The notes under the pieces: generated by a model | Database searches by the model: none | Seen by the model: the letters and a program-made list of their open reading frames with translations, nothing else | Told to the model about the DNA's origin: nothing | Position numbers and translations under genes: made by a program | In this document: positions 53,881 to 64,000 of the stretch, one piece after another | Layout: each line of letters opens with the position of its first letter | Numbering within the stretch: the first letter of the stretch is position 1 | Assembly: GCF_036321535.1 (NCBI RefSeq) | Contig: NC_087436.1 | Location: 65,350,001-65,414,000, forward strand | Length of the DNA stretch: 64,000 nucleotides | Direction: 5' to 3' | DNA from: Camelus dromedarius | Lineage: Eukaryota

Positions 53881-55539
53881 CCAGCATATATGGCCACAAG
53901 ACTGCGTATCAGATCAATCCTGAGTCTGAACATCTGCTCAACAAGCTTTCACCACACCTAGGATTTTTCCTAATTTATTTCATTCACAACATGCTTGGTG
54001 AGTCATTTTGGTGATAATATGTTTTGAAAACTTAAAAAATATGTGAAAAATATGTATATCTTTGCTCCAGATTTTTACTCTTTGAAGACACTCTAAAGAT
54101 ATACTTGCATTTCTTAACAAAGAATTAGCTGTATCCTTTCACATATGTATATACATAAATATCAAATAATTTAAGATATGTTAAGTAAACTTAATGCATT
54201 TATGTATGCGGCCATTAAATTATATGCTAAATGAACACTTAATTTTAAGGATAAACACTATATATTATAAGGTTAAAACATGTTTTCAAACAGTATACTT
54301 TTTTACTCCAATATGCACAGCACACATTCTGTTAGAATATATATCAGGTAATAATTATTGAAACATATGGTTAATGAAACAATGGATGTCTCTTCTTATT
54401 TTACTTATTTCTATTTCCCAATATTCCCATCATATATCTGGGTTTTGTACATTGATTGCGAATTTATTTTAAGAAAAATAAAGGGTTTTAAAATAAAAGA
54501 CAGTTAACTAGCAATTCTATGACCAGGATGCAAAAAATATAAAATCACTCATATGGGTTCCTTTTTATCTGCCTATTTTGCAAGTAAATTAGCACGAAAC
54601 AGATTAACAAGGGGAGATCATCTGTGCTAGGATGCTAGAATGTTCTCACTACTTGGCTGGTTGTGTATACTCTTTTAGTGGAATAAGCATGTTGTTGTTT
54701 GAATTCTTCTCATAACTCTTAACAGAAAAAAAATCTATTTGAAGCTAATATTGCTCACTTAATATCTATCAGGACTTTATAGACAGAATTCCAAAAGATA
54801 GAGAGATTCTGAAGAAATAACTATAAAATAATAGTTTTTTTGTTCTATTTCTTTGTTTTGTAACTTACTTCATGCAGAATCTAACGTCAGAGGTGGAGCA
54901 GTCTGGCAGAGTAATACAGGGGATTGATGACAAAGCTGCTGCTGAATGTAAAATCAGCACAGCCAATAAACACAGGTATATGGAATCAGAATGGGATTTA
55001 GTATGGGTAAATACAGTTTTAAGACCGTTAGTTCCACAATACGCCATTCTGACATCATGACGTACTGAGTAACAAATAAGGAAATATAATATTTAAAGGA
55101 CAGAACACCTTTAAATATGTTTATGGCTACATATAATTTAAATTCAGTGCTATAGTTCCAAGTCAATAGGATGGAGCTGTTCAAAGGCAATATTTTGAGA
55201 CATTCATTTGATACGTATTTTTCTTAGAAAATACAATTACATTTCCAATGTATGTATGTCTGGTCAATTTGATCTTTGCCATGTTTTATTTATATTCTAG
55301 TTCTATCCTTGCATTCTCAGCTGTAAAAGAAGGCTCTCTCTATGTCTTTGTAACTGAAGACTTACACTGATACCTAAAGGAGATGGTCATGGTTAAAGTT
55401 ATTTGATGATATACTGTCTGACTGCTAACAAGTGGTTTTTAACATTAATTGAATATAATTAAACTTATTCTAGTGTGTGACAGGAAATAGGATCACATTA
55501 CTGGATAATTTTATGTCTACCTACTTTAAACCTCATGTA

Positions 55540-55710
55540 CAAGCAGGCTTTGAGCGCATGTGACATGTAGTTACAAGGACCCTATGTTTAGAAGGACCCT
55601 GCACTTGGTCTAATGCTCTACTGTTGTTGCCTTAGAATTTTTAATAATTTTTGAATAAAGTGACCCACATTTCCATTTTGCCTGACCTGAAAATTATATT
55701 GCCAGTTCTG
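55540..55710 (+). mobile_element. MER91A-like hAT DNA transposon
   Basis: agaaggaccctgcacttggtctaatgctctactgttgttgccttagaatttttaataatttttgaa...aaattatattgccagttctg follows the MER91A consensus as recalled. Confidence 0.8.
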
Positions 55711-56078
55711 TGTACAAAATTGCCAGTTATTTTTCTAGCAAAAATGGCTTTATCTGGAATCAGCAAAGAATTGCAATTCGGGCTTTGCAACCATGCCAAG
55801 CCACATGCAAGTCCTGGCACAATAGGAGAGTAAACCCCTTTTTTAAAGAGGGGAAAAGGAAGTTGGGAGGGCCATGGTAAACAGAGTCAATTAGAGAAAC
55901 TGAGAGCTTGAAGTGGAGTAACTTTTGGTTGGCTGAGTTGTGACAGTCTCTCATTAGTGAACTCTTGTCTGAAAAGAAGAAGGCGGCTTTCTTTTTCTTG
56001 TGGGGCTCGGCTATGGTCACAGGGCCTCAGAGCCCTGACTCTATTTTAATTGAGGTTTCTGTTTTAGTTTTTATATCA
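55711..56078 (-). mobile_element. ERV1-type solo LTR
   Basis: ccagttatttttctagcaaaaatggctttat...gaattgcaattcggg...aaggaagttgggagggc...ctattttaattgaggtttctg. Confidence 0.6.
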
Positions 56079-56212
56079 TATAAAATTTTGACAATATAGG
56101 TGTTAGGTTATTGACTATGGATTTATATTAAATTCATTGAAAAATGTTCCCTCATGGAAACTGAGCTTTTGTGCCAGTTTTACATATCTGATGTGGGCTT
56201 TCTCTCTCTGTC

Positions 56213-57000
56213 AGTGATATTGTGATTTATAAGAAATATATATTTGGTCATTCAGAGACCAAAATATATTTCTCAGACATATTTGGCACTTGTTCATGGT
56301 CCCTGGTTCAAGGCTCCGAAAGCTCTTGGAATATCCTGTGATAGATCTAAATAAGTATCTTTTGTTATGTTAATGAGATAACTTTTGGAAAGCTCTTTGG
56401 TAACTTAAAATGGGGGCCTAGTTGCCAGGAGAACCAACAATGTGATTAAAGGGTTGGAACTTTCAGTCCCACCCTCTCTCCCCACTTCCTGGAAGAGAAG
56501 AGGGGCTGGAGATAGATTTCAATTGCCAAGGGCCAATAACTAATGATGCCTATGTAATGAAGCCTCCATAAAAACCTAAAAGACATGGTCTGAAGAGCTT
56601 CTAGGTTGATGAACACTTGGAGATTTGGTAAGAGTGGCGTGCTGGGAGAGAGCATTGAAGTTCCTTGCCCTTCTCCATTCCCTACCCTATGCATCTCTTC
56701 CATATAAAATGCTTCTCTAAATTGTGAGCTGCTCTAGAAAACTAATCAAACCCAGGGAGGAGGTCCTGGGGACCTCTTATAGCCAGTTGGTCAGAAGCAC
56801 AGGTGACCTGGGCATGTGGCTGGCTTCTGAAGTGAGGGGAGAGGGCAGTCAAGAATGACTCCTTAACCAGAGGAATCTGATGCTATCTCCTGGATAGTAT
56901 CAAACTGGAGTTGAACTGTAGGACATCCGGCTGGTGTCAGAGCACTGCTTACTTGTGTGGGAGACCTCTCTCCTTGTTGAAACTAGATTCAGAGGAAAAT
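56213..57000 (+). mobile_element. MER21-like solo LTR
   Basis: gtgatattgtgatttataag...gggttggaactttcagtcccaccc...gcctatgtaatgaagcctccataaaaac...ttatagccagttggtcagaagcacagg. Confidence 0.8.
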
Positions 57001-57564
57001 TAGTATCTATATCACTACTTCTGTGATACTTTGCTGAATGCTAGTGCAATTAATGAAAAAGAGGAGGACAGAAAGTTAGTTGTGAATTTCAGATAACTAT
57101 GAATTTTGAGTATTTTCCCATTAAATCCTTTGGTTTAAAAGAATAATTTGTCTTTTTTACCAATTTAAAACTAAGCTTAATAAGGACAATGTTGCTAGTA
57201 ATAAAATAAAATTTCAAAATGTTATTTTATAAGCATAAATACAAGCTACAACAAATTGTACTAGTTTGTTTCCTGAAGAACAACTCATGTAATTTTCTTT
57301 AAATACAAATTTTTCATATTTTTAATATTCAAGTATCAAAAATTAATAATTTACAGATTATTTACAAAATACAAATTAATAACTTTGTATTCATCAATTG
57401 GCATCTTGTAGACTGAAGTTTGAGAAGTGGTTTCATGAATCTAAATAATTCCTAGTGTGTTTTTTTTAACTGCAAGTAAGCAGACAGAAATAAATCAAGA
57501 TCACTTTCTTTTTAAATATATATCACATTAGATATTTTAAATATATATGATATTTATTTCAAAT

Positions 57565-57640
57565 ATCTATATGCATACATATATACATATATACACATAT
57601 GTGTGTTTGTGTGTGTGTGTGTGTATATATATATGTATAT
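57565..57640. repeat. Compound (TA)n/(TG)n microsatellite
   Basis: atatatacatatatacacatatgtgtgtttgtgtgtgtgtgtgtgtatatatatatg. Confidence 0.85.
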
Positions 57641-58834
57641 GATTTTTAATGCTAACATAAGAGACTAAATAATGACAACCAAGACTGGGAGTCTTGAAAA
57701 TCATGAGAAGTTTAGTAAAACCACAGGGATTGGAAGCTCAAAGCAAATAAACTTTAGAATTTCTGGTAGAGAATTGTCTTCTGTTTAGATGCTGTTAAAA
57801 ACTCAATGTTTTAGGAATGTTTAAAATATGTTAGTGAAACATCAGTTACCTGGTAGTTACCTAGGAGATAACCTTAGCTATACAGAACACAGATGATGAG
57901 AAAATTTGCAGACAAGTGTAAGAACTTATCCCTACTCTAGTCACAATTATACACCCCCCAACTTATTTATCCTCCACTTGCCAGAGCATGGCAAATTAAA
58001 AGTAACAAATTAAAAATATTTGGAGACACATATCCATAAAAATTCCTTCTGAAAGGAAATGGAAATTAGCAAACACATCAATTTGGATGAGTATATTATA
58101 GGAAAAATAGAGATTCCGGAGTAGAAATTCTTTCAGATTTTGCACTTACTCCTCAAAGAGTTGGAACATTTGAAGGATAAAAGCTAAAGGCAAAATCCCA
58201 ATCTGGCTGTAATACTAGATGTAATAACTTTGCATGACATACAAAAATTTTCAAATCTGTGTACAATCATTTTTTTACTCAAATATTTTAAGATGTCTTT
58301 TAGTTTTGAATATATATCATTCATATATTTCCCCCCATTTTTACATCTTTTCATTCTTTTTGCTCATTGCCATTTATTTGAATAAGACTTTCCAAGAGTT
58401 GTTCTTGTTTGAGATACATTTTTCCAAGAAATGAGAGCCAATATTAATGAAATCTGTTGAGTGAGGGAAACAGGAAGCTTTGTAGTGGAGACAGAAAGGA
58501 AGGAGTCTCTGGTTTACCGTAACATCCAGGCCATCTACCTAAATATTTTTTTTAATCCCCTGGTCTTAAATATTGTATATCTGATTCTTGTTTTCAAAGG
58601 CACATTATCTTATCTTAGAGAAAAGGCAAAGGTCATGTAAGATGGTTGGTAGGATTCTAGCTATAACCCTTTCCATTAAAGATGTAGTTATCTCTAGATT
58701 AATACTGTCTTGGGTTAAATCTCAGGACAGTAACTGATGTTTATAAGACCCTGAGCGATATAGAAAACTTTTAATTATTTTTAGTCCATATACCCAGTAT
58801 TTAAGATACAGTGTTGTTGAGAACAGTTAATATT

Positions 58835-59090
58835 AGCACAGTGGTTAGGAGCACAAACAGTGAAGACAGAAGACTTGATCTAGAATTCCCAGCACTGCCA
58901 TTTATGAGATGAATGACCAAGGTCAAATAACTTCACATTTATGTACCTTGGTTTCCTTACCTTAAAATGAGCATAATTATAGTATGAACCTCACAGGCTT
59001 ATGCTAATAAAATTAGTTAATACCTATAAAACACGTGGAGGGGTCCCTTTCTCTGTCATATTGTGTTAAATCAGTATTAGTTGTTACTAT
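58835..59090 (+). mobile_element. MIR SINE
   Basis: agcacagtggttaggagcac...gaattcccagcactgccatttat...ggtttccttaccttaaaatgag. Confidence 0.8.
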
Positions 59091-59719
59091 AAACTGTTCA
59101 ATTTAGCTTTTCTGAAATATTCACTTGTCAGGTTTACAAAACATTACTTTACACATTTAAGCTACTGATTTATGTAATTTACATAGCCAACTCATTTCTT
59201 AATAAGCTCATCCTTCCAAAATAGCCTGAACTAAAGTGATAATAACTTGAGAAAGCAAAGTTGAACTCTCTCCACTGCTTTATTAAGAATGTGCAATGGA
59301 AGGTCTGTTAATTTTCCAGTAATTCATTTAAAAGTTCCGTGAATGTGAGAATACTGTTTAAAAAGAACAAAACAAAAGCTACTTGAGGTTTTGTTTACCA
59401 GATCCTGCGCTAAAGGCCATGAGACTATTTAATCCTTACAACAAACTTAGTTATTAAGATGAGCTAATGAGGCACAAGGATATTTCAGCGATGTCTCAAA
59501 CTCAGTTAACTGTAACATCTGAAGTTCAGTTATGTGGAAGGAATCAGGATTTGAACATAGGCAGCAGGATTTGAAAACTCATTATTCAGAGGACCCTGGC
59601 AAGTATGATAAGGAATGTTGCCCTAATTATAGAAGCATAAGATATGAAGAAGAGAGATCAGAGGTACCAGACAGGAAGATCTTATGTGTTTCAAGAAATG
59701 TACTTGATACATATAAATA

Positions 59720-60000
59720 TTTAAAAGACTGGGTTTGGTAGGCTTTTTTTTTTTTTTTGGTTTGAATTCTGGTCCTGCCGCTTACAGGCTTGAGACTTTT
59801 TGTATGTGAGTTATCTCAAAATATTACAACTGTATCACCTAAGCTCTATTTAAGGGCAGATTTCTTAACCTCGTTAAGCCTCAAGTGGCCTCATCTATTA
59901 ATTAAAGAATGCTACCCCACAGGGCTGTCGTGGGAATACAGTGGTATAACATATTTAAAACATACGGTCCAGCACTTAGCAGGAGTGCAGTAAATGTTTG
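59720..60000 (+). mobile_element. MIR SINE (interrupted)
   Basis: ggtttgaattctggtcctgccgctta...gggcagatttcttaacctc...agcctca...cagcacttagca. Confidence 0.65.
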
Positions 60001-60213
60001 TTCCAACCCCTGCGGGGGAAGCAATCTGGTTTTCTGTAGGGTAGCCTGAATCATGGAGGCCCATAAAGCTTCTGCCATCCTTGCCCTTCACTTGACTGCT
60101 GCCCACTTCTCTGTCCAGCAGAGTTCCTTGTTACCACCTCTTGGCTCATACCACTCTCACTCTGGCAGCAGTGCAAGATGGGTTCCGCACCCATGACCTC
60201 ACCCTTGCCAGCC

Positions 60214-62850
<2,637 letters not shown>

Positions 62851-62851
62851 A

Positions 62852-63427
62852 CCCTGGCCTGCCATAGCCATGAGTGTGGACAGCAAGCCCTGGCCGAGTT
62901 ACAGGCAGCCTCAAAGAAGAACCACCTCCTGCTTCTTAAAGTGGACATGAGCTCGATGGCCTCCATCCAGAGCTTTGCTTAGTGGCTTCTGCGGTAGTAT
63001 CCAGAGATACATCTACTGGTTAACAATGCTGCAGTCTGTGGTATGTATCTTGACTTAACTTCCCCTAAATGCATTTCAAGAGCCTCCCTTCTAGCTCAGG
63101 GACCCCAAAACAGGCATCCCCCAAGCCTAACCTGTATACTCTGTGGAAACACTCTTAAATAGGACACTGTCCTAAAAAGCCTACCTTAAGTTGTAGCTTC
63201 AAACTTCACTGTTCCAATCTTGACACATACATGTTCCTGTGGCTTTTCTACTGAACCCCAATATATCTTCCCCAGACATCATCTCCCTCGGGGTTGTCAT
63301 TCCACCACCCACCACCTATGTTTTCATCTCCTCCCAGGATTGCCTACAACATGTACTCCAGAGGGCCTTGATGTCACCTTTGCCACCAACTACACTGGAC
63401 CCTTTCTGCTCACAAATCTGCTCCAAG
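62852..63427 (+). pseudogene. Short-chain dehydrogenase/reductase (RDH11/12- or DHRS13-like) pseudogene exons
   Basis: LACHSHECGQQALAELQAAS..LLKVDMSSMASIQSFA*WLLR*YPEIHLLVNNAAVCG (to donor at 63041), then exon 63338-63427 LPTTCTPEGLDVTFATNYTGPFLLTNLLQ; NNAA and F.TNY.GPFLLTNLL motifs; stops at 62980 and 62995. Confidence 0.88.
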
Positions 63428-64000
63428 GTAAGGAAGGATGGGTGCTTATTTTCTGTGCTGCCCCTGTGTCTTCATTCCTCTGGCATTTTCGTGGCTTACT
63501 GCCTCCCATGGTACCCAGATGCTTGCTGAACGATGACCCGGTACACTTTTGCTGGACACAGAAGGGGAACCCACTTGGCACCAGCCAGGATTAGGAGGCT
63601 GGTAATGGAATCAGTCAGCCCCAAATGCAACCAGCAAGAAGATGTAAGATCTGTACAGGCCGCCTCTCCTTCCCCCAAGTCTGAATACTAGCCAGACCAG
63701 TAGTCAGTCATCTCAACAAAAGCTTTTTGAGGTCACTAGGCTACTAGGATTAAGGACATTCTTCCTGGGGAGGTGCGGGTGAGTGGCAGGTACATTCTCC
63801 CTAACAATGTTTTCTAGATTATCTAATAACCTCTTAAAAAGCAAATTAGTTTTTAGCCAGGTAATACATGTCCAAAGTACAAAATAGAAAGTGTGAAAGT
63901 ATACAAAAGGATATACAGAAAAAGAATAAAAGGAAGAAAAGGAAAGAAAAAAAAAAGGTTCCTTCTCTCCTTGAAAAGCAGCTACCAATTCCCCTCCTCG

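Larger units (their letters stand above)
54869..58750 (-). pseudogene. Second cluster of exon relics, unrecognised protein
   Basis: Exon-like segments 58614-58750, 58150-58214 and 57967-58048 (phases 1/0, 0/2, 2/0) and 55366-55424, 54869-55064 (phases 2/1, 1/2); mostly open frames; two donors read AT instead of GT. Confidence 0.5.

Overview
This is mammalian genomic DNA; the L1 3'UTR style suggests a cetartiodactyl, plausibly a camelid (inference). Positions 1-59.7 kb are AT-rich and repeat-dense. They hold an 18-kb stack of three + strand LINE-1s (one nested with a TSD), a fourth near-full-length L1, an internally deleted class III provirus with both LTRs, PBS and TSD, a class I ERV remnant, solo LTRs, L2, MIR and MER91. 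No intact protein-coding gene is seen. Between the repeats, on the minus strand, are two clusters of splice-site-bounded exon relics, many of them phase-compatible. The cluster at 0.25-33.7 kb follows, in order, motifs I recall from KIAA0825/DUF4495 proteins and looks like a decayed distant paralog. The cluster at 54.9-58.8 kb is unrecognised. The GC-rich end (60-64 kb) is an intron-containing, disabled C2orf81 copy joined, apparently by deletion, to exons of a retinol-dehydrogenase-like SDR pseudogene. All family assignments are by eye and from memory; no searches were run.
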